Assembly (NCBI GenBank): GCA_021324435.1
Contig: JAJPIZ010000038.1
Coordinates: 126,269 to 190,268, forward strand
Length of the DNA stretch: 64,000 bases
Direction: 5' to 3'
Source of the DNA: Anaerolineae bacterium
GTDB taxonomy: Bacteria; Chloroflexota; Anaerolineae; Anaerolineales; Villigracilaceae
The notes under the pieces were generated by a model, which made no database searches, was not told where the DNA came from, and saw only the letters and a program-made list of their open reading frames with translations. Below, in pieces: positions 63,997 to 64,000 of this stretch; position 1 is the stretch's first letter, and each line of letters opens with the position of its first letter. The position numbers were made by a program, and so were the translations under genes.

Positions 63997-64000
63997 TCAA

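Overview
This is a G+C-rich bacterial chromosomal segment. Hand counts of sample 60-nt lines give about 53-70% G+C. Gene content, an LPXTG sorting signal, a bacterial Hdr/Mvh cluster and the repeat families suggest a Chloroflexota (Anaerolineae-like) organism, but the taxon is inference only.

The backbone is housekeeping:
- Replication, repair and secretion: polA (partial), dnaE, mutM, and an oversized secA.
- Metabolism: phosphohexomutase, B12-binding mutase subunit plus meaB, prs, kamA, speB, acnA, add, miaB, plsC.
- Other: an ECF sigma/anti-sigma operon, a complete hdrCBA-mvhDGA-protease operon, a fused livHM permease, tRNA-Lys(CUU), tRNA-Ser(GCU) and tRNA-Ser(UGA).

Features that stand out:
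1. A nine-gene, translationally coupled operon (11015-19028, minus strand) is built around a GlmL/MutL-like actin-fold ATPase. It also encodes four predicted membrane proteins, a zinc-ribbon protein with about 10 xDWL repeats, and an LPXTG protein. I cannot assign it to any described system.
2. Immediately downstream of tRNA-Ser(GCU) lies a tandem array of four 87-89-bp units (41369-41749). Each unit is a terminator hairpin plus a copy of the tRNA 3' end interrupted by a 21-nt insert. The array abuts a small lower-GC islet (SH3b/C39-like peptidase gene) and a truncated acyl-CoA-ligase gene.
3. A family of GC-rich nested palindromes occurs in frame inside meaB, mutM, secA and dnaE, and also in intergenic DNA.
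4. There is an insertion hot spot between livHM and secA. An MNT-HEPN-V4R block is bracketed by two diverged copies of the livHM 3' end. Next to it is an AT-rich two-gene operon. A degenerate duplicate of the secA RBS and 5' codons forms a 23-codon uORF that ends 9 nt before secA.
5. An AT-rich orphan gene (7848-9038) carries an Rx4H HEPN-like motif.
6. A DUF2281/MazF toxin-antitoxin cassette is bracketed by about 58-bp direct repeats.

No CRISPR array, rRNA, transposase or integrase was recognised.
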